64,000 bases of DNA. Origin: Camelus ferus. Lineage: Eukaryota. Positions 26,398 through 37,864 of this stretch are shown one piece after another. Made by a program: the position numbers and the translations under genes. Location: positions 77,378,001 to 77,442,000 of the forward strand of contig NC_045697.1 in NCBI RefSeq assembly GCF_009834535.1, in the 5' to 3' direction. Below the pieces are notes generated by a model, which saw only the letters and a program-made list of their open reading frames with translations, had not been told where the DNA came from and did no database searches. The number at the start of each line of letters is the position of its first letter. The first letter of the stretch is position 1.

Positions 26398-26549
26398 GGA
26401 GGAGGATATAGTTCAGTGGTAGAGCACATGCTTAGCATGCACGAGGTCCTAGGTTCAATCCTCAGTCCCTCCATTAAGATAAATAGGTAACTAAACCTAA
26501 TTACTTCCTCCCACCAAAAGATTTCAAAAAATAAATAAAATATTTTTAA
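26398..26549 (+). mobile_element. tRNA-Ala-derived SINE (camelid vic-1-like)
   Basis: Head TAGTTCAGTGGTAGAGCACATGCTTAGCATGCACGAGGTCCTAGGTTCAATC with A and B boxes, and an A-rich tail. The TSD is AATGTCTTCAACGTTTA 26381-26397 / AATGTCTTCAGTGTTTA 26550-26566. Confidence 0.85.
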
Positions 26550-26771
26550 AATGTCTTCAGTGTTTATAATCAGTGGTGCAAAATTGGTCTTTAACTGTAC
26601 CATATACTTTACACGTTTATAAAAGGTCTCAATAGGAGATGTTCAAGTTGGAGGCAGAAATTTATTTGGAGATGCCAATTGGCAGTAGTGGCACCTTAGC
26701 CATATTTGTAACTACTTCAAAAGTTCCAAGTCAATATGAGATAATGCCAGATATTCCCTTTTTTATTGTAG

Positions 26772-26886
26772 GTTTCGGAGGGCGATGCTTGCCATGTTCA
26801 AATGTCAGACTCACCAAGCAATGCCCATGACAAGTATTTTACCAATGGATGTACCTCAAAACCCGTTGACTCCTGGAAGACTCTGA
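26772..26886 (+). CDS. RRH: RRH exon 7
   Basis: Encodes KFRRAMLAMFKCQTHQAMPMTSILPMDVPQNPLTPGRL*. The total CDS is 1014 nt (337 aa). Confidence 0.95.
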
Positions 26887-27336
26887 AATAAGAGGAAAGC
26901 ACACATTATCAAAACATTTTCTTTCCTTTTTTTTTTTTTTTTTGCAATGGTTTAATTTCATTTTAAATATGAGCCAATTTTGATCAAATGCAGACATAGA
27001 GTATTGTCCTAATAGACTAAAACTTCCTCAGATGTAGTTTATAGTTATTCTGTTTGTGCATTGGCAATTATTAACATACTATTTAACAAAAATAATTGAA
27101 TGAATATTAAGCACTATTGCTTTTAAATCACATGTCAGTCAATGCACATACATATTTTATATAGCAATATAATCTGCATACGATTATGTACTCTGCATTT
27201 TAATTACCATTTTTATGTATATGTATTTCCATATATTTGGCACTAGAATTAAATTTAATCAGAGTGGGAGTTTTTATATGTTTGTTCTTTTTTTCCCTTT
27301 TTTTTGTTTTATTAATGAGCAATTAATCAATAGTCA

Positions 27337-28070
27337 ATGTAAGAAATAGACGGAAAATTTTGTTCAAGCCAACCTGAAGATTACAACCCAGGAGACAGTC
27401 TTTCAGAAAGCTCTGGGGACTGTTCCAGAGAGGAAAGCAGGGAGGCCACTATTTATGTGCAATCCAGCACACATCTTGGTTGAAGGCTACATGAGGAACA
27501 GATAGTTAATGCTTTTAGTGCTTTTCTAAGTATGGAAACATGCAAGAAACTGGGTTCATAAAATTTTCTCCTGAAAATACCTGTCTGAGGGCCAGTTCTG
27601 CCTGTTTTCCCAGAACACGAAGTGTCTCATTCTGATCTTCACCCTGGATTCTTTTCGGGGTTTGTTGTACAGTCAGTGACAGCAGTGGGTAATGACTTGA
27701 TTCTTGTTAGAATACGATAATGGGCAACTTTCTTTATTTTATAATCCCCTCTCTTTTGATTACAATTTTGACCAAAGTTTGAGAGGCATTTCGTGACCAA
27801 TTTGTCCCAGGGTGCTAAGAATGCTTACTCCCAGGTTGGGTGACAATTTGGTTGATAGGCTCCTTGGTGAGCTATTACTGGACTAGGCTCTGTTAACGGT
27901 AGCCAAAAGCCTCTGGTCCAGCTTGTCTTACTAGTCTGCTATGGTCCGGGGACTGGTTCCTGCTTGTTGCTTCTTCCCATGTCTAAAGTTACACTACTGC
28001 AATCTTGCTCTTACAGAACTATGTATTTGGTCAATTGTTTCAAGTTTTCTAGTTATCATTATTTTTAATC
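27337..28070 (-). mobile_element. ERV1-like LTR and internal fragment
   Basis: Abrupt composition shift, with LTR-like motifs (GATTACAACCCAGGAGACAGTCTTTCAGAAAGCTCTG). The family is not resolved. Confidence 0.5.
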
Positions 28071-29099
28071 AGAGGCCCAGTCACACATGTGGTACCTTTG
28101 TATCCCTAGGACTTAGTTCAGTGCTTTGCACAGAGTATTTGCTCAGTAAGTATTTGATGATCAAATGAATTATTCAGAACCTGAAAATCCACAGGATTTT
28201 ATTTTGAGAAAATTCTTTTGATTCTGTTGTTTCTATATGCATCGTATTTGTTTTAAGTAGTATTTCCCATAATATTCTTCTCTTTATAGAATTAATTTTC
28301 TTTAGAAAAAAGTTTTTGGTTTAAAGATGATGAATAGAACTACCCCCAAAGAAGATTAAATACCTTATATATTTATAAACTTAATCCTTGAATGTTCTTG
28401 TGGATTCTCTATGCTATGTGTATGGAGGTAGTTTTTAAAATATTTAATTTAATTTTTATTTTCTGATAGAGCCTGACATGAGAGTTGAGCTTTGGGTTTG
28501 ATTGCCTATAACTTAGGCAACTAGCTTGGAATAAAATACATTCTTGAACAGAGATAATGGCCTTCATTAAAAAACAGATGTATTGGGATGAACCTGCACT
28601 GCACAGAGATGACCTGGGAGAAATGCAGGATGAACTCTCACTAGAGTCTTAGTGCTGCCAATTCAGTGGTGGATTGAGGCATCTTGCCTAAAAACATCTA
28701 GGTATTAGACTTTGCTTAGTTTGCTGTTGGGGCTAGCCAGTATGTGGCAATATAAATTACTCTAAATCAATTTTGTCATGTTTCTATCTTTAAAGCTAAA
28801 TTTCATAAAACTGAATATTATGCATGACAGTAAAAAGCAAAAAGTAAAGTTTATCATGTTATAACATGCAAATAATCTACAGCATTTTCTAACATCTGCT
28901 AAGACATTGAATTATTTTGAACATTATGTGTATCTTCGAGGTATCGTAGCAATTATATCCATAGGAAAGAGATATAATAGGCATTTCTTTGAAAATCTAG
29001 GTATGGGCAACTATGGTAATTTTCCTGACACATGTTTGATGTTCATTTCCCTTAAAATATGTTACTTCTGAACTCACCGCGAAACCAGATTCAAAGGCT

Positions 29100-29270
29100 A
29101 GGTGGATTGATCCGCTGCAAGATACACTTGAAGGTTAAGTAACTACAGATCTCAGCTAATCCTGTGTAATCTGCTGTTGCTAAATGGCCGTTTGTGTTGC
29201 TAGCACACCAGTTTCTGAATGCTTAGGATTTGGTTTTTAACTTTTGTCCAAATAACCTCTGAAAGGAGCC
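29100..29270 (+). promoter_or_regulatory. LRIT3 proximal promoter with K50-homeodomain (CRX/OTX2) sites
   Basis: CTAATCC 29156-29162 and TAATCT 29167-29172 lie about 100 nt upstream of the ATG at 29271. Confidence 0.55.
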
Positions 29271-29387
29271 ATGCGTCTCTTTGCAAGTCTGTGCATTGCG
29301 CTTAGCTTTTTGGAAAGAGTGAGCTGTTCATGTCCCTCACAGTGCACCTGTGACAATTCACGGCAGAAATGACGGCATGGGATCGAG
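29271..29387 (+). CDS. LRIT3: LRIT3 exon 1 (signal peptide and LRRNT start), frameshifted
   Basis: Encodes MRLFASLCIALSFLERVSCSCPSQCTCD, then HGRNDGMGS(R) in the +1 frame. The donor is GAG|GTACGC at 29388. Confidence 0.9.
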
Positions 29388-31361
29388 GTACGCTTCTCTC
29401 CTTGCTATTAAGTGTTCTAATGATTGCGAGGAAAAGGACTCAAACCAGATGGCCTTAATTTGAAAGCAAACTGTTGATCAGAAATCAGAGGAGAGAAGGT
29501 TTAATGTAGATAAGCTTTAATTTAATTGTGTTAATCCTGGTTGCCTACTCCGCCACTGTTTTCATTTAGAGCAGTTTAGTTCCTTCAAAGCCCCTCAAAT
29601 TCTTTGAGACTCTCAGACGCTTTCTGTGTTACAAGAATATTCATGGCACTCATATTCACAAAACGAACCTTGCAGGAGGTCAAACCACTGAAATGCGTGT
29701 GGCCAGCTCAGCCTGATTATAGAAAGCACATGAGGGCAGGGCCGATCAGAAGGTGTGTGACATGCCCAGATCATTTGCTTCCAGGGTTTTCCATTTCATT
29801 TTGAGGATTATTCATGCCAACTGGATAGAGCTTAGGAAGTAGGAAGGAGAACACATAAGAGAAATTAGAGAGGTTTCTAATCAGAATTTCTCATTTTAAG
29901 ATATTGGAGTTTACAAAGAAGAGAAGTTTGAAAGAAACGTGTCAACTCTGTGTTGCAGACACTGTGGGACCTTACAGAAATTACTTAACCTCTGCGTTAC
30001 TTTAATATCTACTTTTTTTTTTGAAAAAAAAAGTGAAGTGAGAATAAATACTTATTCATAATGTGCATGAGTCCTTTTAAATAGAAGTTAAATGCAAAGC
30101 AAAAAAACTCTTGTTAGCTAAACATAGTAGACCTCGATTTTTTTTTTTTTGAGAAGATATTTAATAACAAAATCAGATTTTTTGTCACTCGGTTAAAGTG
30201 AACAGTGAGCCTCTTAATTTGTTAAAAGAATTGCTCAATTTATGTCTTACAAATTTATACAAATAAATAACAATTAACACATGTTTTTGAGTAGTTTGTT
30301 TTGATACGGTATAAAATTTACCTTACTAACTCTTGGTATCTCCGAGATATTCACTAGGTGGCTAAACACAGTGAGAATAATATAACAAATTAAAGACCTA
30401 CTTAGCAGAAGATAGGCAACAGTTAATGACGCAGGCCAGGCTACTTTGGGGAAAACAATCACAGAAATGTTTCCTTCTCCATGGTGGCCCCACTATTGGT
30501 GGATTTTATAAAATTCATAGCATATTATGCCTGAGAAGAACTCCAGAAATAATCTAGTTCGACCACTGTCATTTTCTAAATGAATAAACTAAACCACATA
30601 GAGACTAAATGACTTGTCTGAGGTCACAGTGTTGAGTTGCTGCAGTGACTGGCTGATAAAGATGCTGGGTCTTTTAGCTTCCAGTCCAGGCTTCCTCCCA
30701 TCCCAGTGTACTGGAATGCTGACTGAGTGAGGAGAAACTGGATCATTCTGGTATAAAGCAGCACTGAAATGTGTGATTCAGAATAGAGGTGAAGAGTAAC
30801 AGGTGTATCTGGAGAATCCCAGGATTCCGTAGGCTCTTCTCCTAAAGTTAAAGAGAGGAGACAACATGACCAGCATATCAGTACCTCATGGCTTCTGCTG
30901 TTTCCCTCTTTACATTATAGGCTGGCTTTCAGAATTCACTAATTTAATGTGATGTGTTTTACTGAATGGCCATTTTATTGTTATGTACTATAACTAACTA
31001 TGTGATGCATTATAATTTAGATGGTTTGCAACACTTCTTATTGTTCAATTTCAGCAATCCAGTGAGGATTAATATATAATGAGAGATAAATCTTTTCTTT
31101 TTCAGGTTAAAATGAATCTAAATTCTCTGATCCTTCATACCTTACACCCATACATGGGGCAGGCTTGTTTTTCTATGCCTGTTTTACATGTGCCAATAAA
31201 CAAGAGCACAATGTGACTTGCTCAAGGTTACTTAAGTTAGTGAGTGGTAAAAAATAAATAAACTTGTAGTTTCTGGTTTATTCTCTAGGCTGAAAGCAAC
31301 ACACAGGTCACATTGTTAAAATAGAGCTTCACTTTAAACATCTAGTATGAACATTTGCCCT

Positions 31362-31370
31362 TTCTTTTTT

Positions 31371-31421
<51 letters not shown>

Positions 31422-31440
31422 CTTGCTCTCTCTCTTTCCT
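31362..31440. repeat. (TTTC)n microsatellite
   Basis: About 13 pure TTTC units followed by TC-rich sequence. Confidence 0.95.
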
Positions 31441-31524
31441 TCTTGTATGATCTTTAAAAGGATCAATTTATAACTTCAAGAGGGATTCCTTTAAAATGGT
31501 CTGTTTCCTAAAAAGATTAAGAGT

Positions 31525-31930
31525 GTGCAGTTTGGAGTTGGACAGATATGGGTTTGAAAGGTAGTTGTGTAACCACTAGCTCTGTGACCTTGGGAAGTTA
31601 CCTAATATTGGTGGGCCTCAGTTATTTTATTTGTAAAAGTGAGATTGATGATAAAAGTAGCAAACACCCATTGAGTGCTTATTATGTGCCAGGAAGGTGT
31701 AAAAATTTCCATCCGTTTCAATAATAGTACCATATGGGAAAATGAGTTAAGTGATTGGTGAAGTGGCTTTCCATGGCCACAAAGGAGGCAGCTGATTTGA
31801 ACCAAGGTCAGCCTGACTCTAGAGATGGTGCCTTTACCTACTACCCAATATCTAGCTCATTGGGCTATTGTGATGATTAAATTTGGGAATGGATGTGATC
31901 CTCGATGCACAGGCCCGACACATAAAGAGC
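31525..31930. mobile_element. Nested MIR SINEs in opposite orientations
   Basis: A + strand MIR (CACTAGCTCTGTGACCTTGGGAAGTTAC...) is interrupted by a - strand MIR (TTGAGTGCTTATTATGTGCCAGG...GATTTGAACCAAGG). Confidence 0.6.
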
Positions 31931-31938
31931 TCCATCAA

Positions 31939-32021
31939 TCAGGCTGAATCCCATGAAGTTGCTGATACTTGATCGATTTTTTTAACCACCTCAAATGACC
32001 ATTTCATATGGTTCAACCTAG
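31939..32021. mobile_element. MADE2-like ~80-bp mariner-derived MITE
   Basis: Terminal inverted repeats AGGCTGAATCCCATGAAGTTG / CCATTTCATATGGTTCAACCTA. Confidence 0.7.
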
Positions 32022-32183
32022 AAGATGATGATAATGACGAATCATTAATGAACAGGTTAGCCAGGCTGAAGAGATTTTTTCAAAAAACGAGTAGGGGATG
32101 AAAAATTGATGCATGTTTCAAATAAGTATTATTTCTTCAAATGAGTTTCAGAAAGCAGGTTTCCTTCCACTCTGTGACACTAG

Positions 32184-32656
32184 GTCGGTGCTATGTAATG
32201 ACCTGGATATGAATGAGGTACCTACGAACTTCCCTGTGGACACTGTGAAGCTTCGCATAGAGAAGACCGTTGTCCGTAGAATCCCCGCCGAGGCCTTCTA
32301 CTACCTGGTGGAGCTCCAGTACCTCTGGTTGACTTATAATTCTGTGGTCAGCCTTGACACCAGCAGCTTTTACAACCTGAAGCAGCTGCATGAGTTGCGC
32401 TTGGATGGAAACTCTCTGGCTGCTTTTCCTTGGACATCTCTGAGGGACATGCCCCGTCTAAGGACCCTGGATTTGCACAATAACAGAATAACCAGTGTGC
32501 CAAATGAGGCGGTCAGGTACCTGAAGAACCTCGCCTACTTGGATTTATCAAGCAACAGATTAACCACACTTCCACCAGATTTCCTGGAAAGCTGGTCCCA
32601 CTTAGTTACAATATCGTCCAGAAGCCTGGACCTTTCACCAAGAAGAATTATTCTCG
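32184..32656 (+). CDS. LRIT3: LRIT3 exon 2 (leucine-rich repeats)
   Basis: Acceptor CACTAG at 32183. Encodes SVLCNDLDMNEVPTNFPVDTVKLRIEKT...LDLSPRRIIL (473 nt). The donor is G|GTAAGT. Confidence 0.96.
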
Positions 32657-34614
32657 GTAAGTTCAGAGTCTCTGGGCTTCTCAGGTCCAGATAATTTGCT
32701 CTGTGTACCTTCATTTATTCAATATTTTCATGTCCATTGAATTTGGAGTTTTACTCTGTACTTGCATTTTCAATGGAATAGTACTCTACCATTTGACCTA
32801 GGTCAGTTTACCAGTCTGCCCTGTGTAAGGTGTAATGGCTCTGTGTGGGGGGTGTGTATGTGTGCGTGTGCATGAGCATGCACATGTGTGGAGTGAGGGC
32901 AGCAGTGTATGTGTGTGTGTTGGGGCAGGGAAGGGAGTTGGCCTCATAAACTGAGTGACTAACGTTGTTCTTAGAGAGCCTGAAGAAGAGTGACAAAATC
33001 TACCAACTGGTACTGATTCTTGTGAGCACATACGTGCTTCCTACTCTGCCATGGCCAGCCTTCTGCCCTGGTTTCTTTTCAGCTCTTGATGAGGCTCATC
33101 AGGTGTGGGAGTAAGGCATCAGCATCTTTATGAGGTAGCAGTGGTTTAATTAGGAAGAATAGCTTCCAAATTTTCTTAATCTAAAAAGAAATAGTGGAGA
33201 CACCAGTTATTTTACTGGCCCCAGATGAGTGTCCTAATGGACTTGGTCTCTCAGTGCAGCTTTGTATATTTAGATCCTGGCTTTGTTTAGGGTCTATGGA
33301 TATTTTCTTGGGTCTTTAACATGTCAGCTCCTTCCAGGGAGCCCCTCTCTTTTCTTGTATCTTCTCACAGTGCTTTCAGGGTACTCTGCACATGATGAAT
33401 GCCCAGTAAATGTGGTTGCCTGATTGAAATCAGTGACCTGAGACCCTTCTCAGTGGTATCTGTGGGCAGTGAGGCCTCTTCCACTTTTGTATGAGACACA
33501 AGCCTGAGGCTTTGACCAAACAGTTTGATTTGCTAAAATTTTGTTCACTCAATAAGGCTGTGTTCTCATTTCACAAATTATGTCCATATGACTACAGAAG
33601 TTGTAGTTCTCAAAAGGATGAAAGAAATTCTGAGTGTCTGGCCAGTGAAAGACTTATAAGACTTTTGGAATGAGAAGCAACTAGATGTTAAGAAATTGTG
33701 CCAGAAATTCCTCCTGACCAATACTGCCTGCCAAGCATCTGCTGAAGTAAAGTGTAAATAAAATAAAAGATAAATTTGAGTTTTTTTTTATAAAGAAGAA
33801 AGTATTGTATATTTTATAATAGCCATAAATGGAGTATACCTTTAAAACTTATGAATCACTGTATTGTATACCTGTAACATACAATATCACACATCAGCTA
33901 TACTTCAACAAAAAACTTTTAAACTGGGAAAAAAGTACTGTGACAACACTAAATGGCTTTAGTATTACTTTCTTTGAAATGTATATGCATTATGATGCTT
34001 ATGAGACTTAAAATATGAGTATTAGCCAGATAGAGAAAAAGTGACATAAATTTCTCTCATATAGTTATTTCATGTTTTGCCCACTACTTATCTAGTCCTT
34101 CGAATGTTTTTAATTAAAAAAATAAAAGAAGTATTGTGGGATGGGTTATGGAAAAAATTAGTTGAATTTAACAGTAGTTGTAGGGTCCTTCAAGTAAACA
34201 CTCTGATAGGAACCATGCAAACCCATACTGTAGTATTTATTTACTTCATTCTAGTCACTAATTTGATCCTTATGAGCAAAGCTAACGGGTGGAAATTGTC
34301 TTAACTAACACTGAGATTTTATTTCTCTGTGTATTTTTTTAAAGTTTCTTTGGAAGCAATTCTTGGTTCTAATAAAATTACCCTATGGCGATATATAGTA
34401 GAAAATAAAATCATATTACTAAATTGGTATTAATAGCTCTCTAATGATTAGTTCCTAATGTTACTATGAGGAAATAATTTCTAGAATAGTGATATTTTTC
34501 AGTTGTGAGTTAAATCTGAATGAGAACTTAGGGATTAAATGGATAAGTGTTATGAAATTTCATTGTTCATGGAGATAAATAGCTTTATGTTTTAGAGTTT
34601 AGATTCTTTTAAAA

Positions 34615-37600
34615 AAATTGTATGTTTCAGATGTACAGCATTATAATTTGACATCTGTATACACCACAAAGTAATCACCACCACAAGTCTAGTTACCGTC
34701 CATCACCATACAGGTGATCCCCTTCATCCATTTCACCAACCCCTCAACAGTTTCCTTAGCAACTGGTAACCACTAATCAGATCTCTGTATCTATGAGTTT
34801 GTTTTTGTTTTATTTTGTTTGTTTGTTTTTTCATATTTTACTTTTTATTTATTTTTAACACCTTTATTGTGGTATGGTTCCTATACATTAACTACACATA
34901 TTTCAGATGCATAATTTGATGAATTTTGATAGATGTATACCCCAGTGAAACCACCACCACAATCAAGATAGCTAACATTTCCATCACTCCCCAAGAGGTG
35001 CAAGTTTTGAATTCCCAATTTATCTCTTCCCACCCGCTTTACCTCCTGGTAACCATAAGTTTGTTCTCTATGTCTGTGAGTCTGTTTCTGTTTTGTAGGT
35101 AAGTTCATTTGTGTCCTTTTTTTTTTTTTAGATTCTACATATAAGCAATATTATATGGTATTTTTCTTTCTCTTTCTGGCTTACTTCACTTAGAATAACA
35201 ATCTCCAGGTCCATTCATGTTGCTGCAAATGGCATTATTTTATTCTTTTTTATGGCTGAGTAGTGTTCCATTATATGTATATGTGTGTGTATATATATAT
35301 ATGTATACACACACACACACACACACATACACACACACACACATATACATACAAACACACATACACACACACACATACATGCATACCGCATCTTCTTTAT
35401 CCAGTCATCTGTCAATGGACATTTGAGTTGTTTCCATGTCTTGGCTATTGTAAATAGTGCTGCTATGAACATTGGGGTGCATGTGTCTTTTCAAATTATA
35501 TTTTCATCTGGATATATGCCCAGGAGTGGGATTGCTGGATCATATGATAAGTTTATTCTTAGTTTTTTAAGGAGCATCCATACTGTCCTCAATAGTGGCT
35601 GCACCAATTTACATTCCCATCAACAGTGTAGGAGGGTTCCTTTTTCTCCACATCCTCTCCAGCATTTATCGTTTGTGGACTTTTTAATGATGGCCATTCT
35701 GACTGGTGTGAGTGTTTGTTTTTTGAATTCCACATATGAGTGATATAATACAGTATTTGTTTCTGTCTGACATATTTCACTTAGTATAATACTGTCAAGG
35801 TCCATTCACATGTTGTTGAAAATGGAAGGATTTCATTCTTTGTTATGGCTGAATAGTGTTCCATTGTATGTATATACCATATCTTTATCCATTGTTGGAC
35901 ATTGGGTTTTTCCCATATCTTGACTATTGTAAATAATGCTTCAGTGAACACAGGGTGTATATATCTTTTTGAATTAGTGTTTTTATGTTCTTTGGATAAA
36001 TACCCAGAAGTGGAATAGCTGGGTCATATGGCAGTTCTGTTCTTAATTTTTTGAGGAATCTCCATACTGTTTTTCATAGTGGCTACACCAATTTACAGCC
36101 CCATCAATGGTGTATGAGGGTTCCCTTTTCTCCATATCCTCTCTGACATCTGTTATTTCTTGTCTTTTTGATAATAACCATTCTCATAGTAATGAGATGG
36201 TATGTCATTGTGGTTTTGGTTTGCATTTCACTAATAATTAGTAATGTTGAACATTTTTCCATGTGCCTGTTAGCCATCTCTATGTCTTCTTTGGAAAAAT
36301 ACCTGTTCAGATCCTCAGCTCATTTTGTCATCAGGTTGTTTATTTGTTTTTGTTGTTGAGTTGTATGAGTTCCTTATGTGTTTTGTATATCAATCCCTTA
36401 TCAGATATATGATTTGCAAATATCTTCTTCCATTTAGTAGATTTCCTTTTTGTTCTGATGCTGATTTCTTTTTTTGCTGTGCAGAAGCTTTATAGTTTAG
36501 TCCCATTTGTTTATTTTTCCTTTTGTTTTCCTTACCTTTGGAGTCAGATCCACAACAACATCACTTAGACCAATGTCAGTAAGGTCTGACCCATGTTTTC
36601 TTCTAGAAATTTTATGGTTTCAATTCTTACATTCAAGTCTTTAATCCATTTTGAGTTAATTTTTATGTATGGTATGAGATAGTGATCTAGTTTCATTCTT
36701 TTGCATGTGGCTTTTTCCCCAACACTGTTGATTGAACAGACTGTCCTTTCTCCTTTGTGTGTTCTTTACTCCTTTGTTATAAATTAATTGTCAACATATA
36801 TGTATGTTTATTTCTGGGCTCTCAGTTCTGTTCCATTGATTTGTGTGCCTGTTTTTGTGCTAGTACTATACTCTTTTGATTACTACAGCTTTGTAGTGTA
36901 GTTTGAAATCAGGAATCATCATAAAGCTTTGTTCTTTCTCAAGATTATTTTGGCTACTTGGGATCTTTTGTGGTTTCATACAAATTTTAGAATTATTTGT
37001 TGTAGTTCTGTGAAATATGCCATTGGAATTTTGGTTAGATTGCATTGAATCTGTAGATAGCTTTGCATAGTACAGACATTTTAACAATATTAATTCTTCC
37101 AATCCATGAGCACAAGATATCTTTCCATCTGTTTGTATTGTCTTCAATTTCTTTCATCAGTGTCTTAGAGTTTTCAGTGTATAGGTCTTTCACCTTCCTG
37201 GTTAAATTTATTTCTGGATATTTTATTCTTTTTGATGCAGTTTTAAATGGGATTGTTTTCTTAATTTCTCTTTCTGATAATTTTGTTATTAGTGTGCAGA
37301 AATGCCATGGATTTCTGTATGTAGATTTAGTATCATGTGGATTTATTGAATTTATGTATTAGTTTTAACTTTTTTGATGGTTCTTTAGAGTTTTCTATAT
37401 ATAGTATCATGTCCCCTGCAAACAGTGACAGATTTACTTCTTCCTTTTTAGATTTTTTTCCCCTAATTTCTGTGGCTAGGACTTCTAATACTATGTTGAG
37501 TAAAGGTGGTGAGAGTGGGCATTCTTGTCTTATTCCTTATCTTAGAGGATCAGCTTTTCATCCCTGAATATGATGTTAGCTGTGGGTTTGTCATATATGG

Positions 37601-37864
37601 CTTTTATGATGTTGAGGTACATCCCCTCTCATTTTGTTGAGAATTTTTATCATAAATGGACATTGAATTTTGTCAAATGCCTTTTCTGCATCTATTGAAG
37701 TGATCATGTGACTTTTATCCTTCATTTTGTTAATGTGATATATTATATTGATTTGTGGATCTTAAACCATCCTTGCATCCCTGGAATAAATCCCACTTGA
37801 TTATGGTGTATGATCCTTTTAATGTATTATTAGATTTGGTTTGCTAATATTTTGTTGAGGAATG
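34615..37864 (-). mobile_element. ~3.2-kb 5'-truncated L1 containing a nested younger L1 insert (~34832-35712)
   Basis: L1 ORF2 remnants run throughout. The outer TSD is GTTTAGATTCTTTTAAAA 34597-34614 / GTTCAGATTCTTTTAAAA 37865-37882. The 3'-end motifs occur twice. Confidence 0.9.
35278..35382. repeat. (TA)/(CA)n compound microsatellite inside L1
   Basis: Seen directly in the sequence. Confidence 0.9.

Noticed and set aside
26398..26473. Apparent tRNA-Ala(AGC) gene
   Set aside because: It has a degenerate acceptor stem, an A-rich tail, a TSD and three sibling copies, so it is a SINE rather than a tRNA gene.
35215..37567. Numerous ORFs of 60-152 aa
   Set aside because: They are fragments or antisense frames of L1 ORF2 and microsatellite read-through, with no intact reverse transcriptase.
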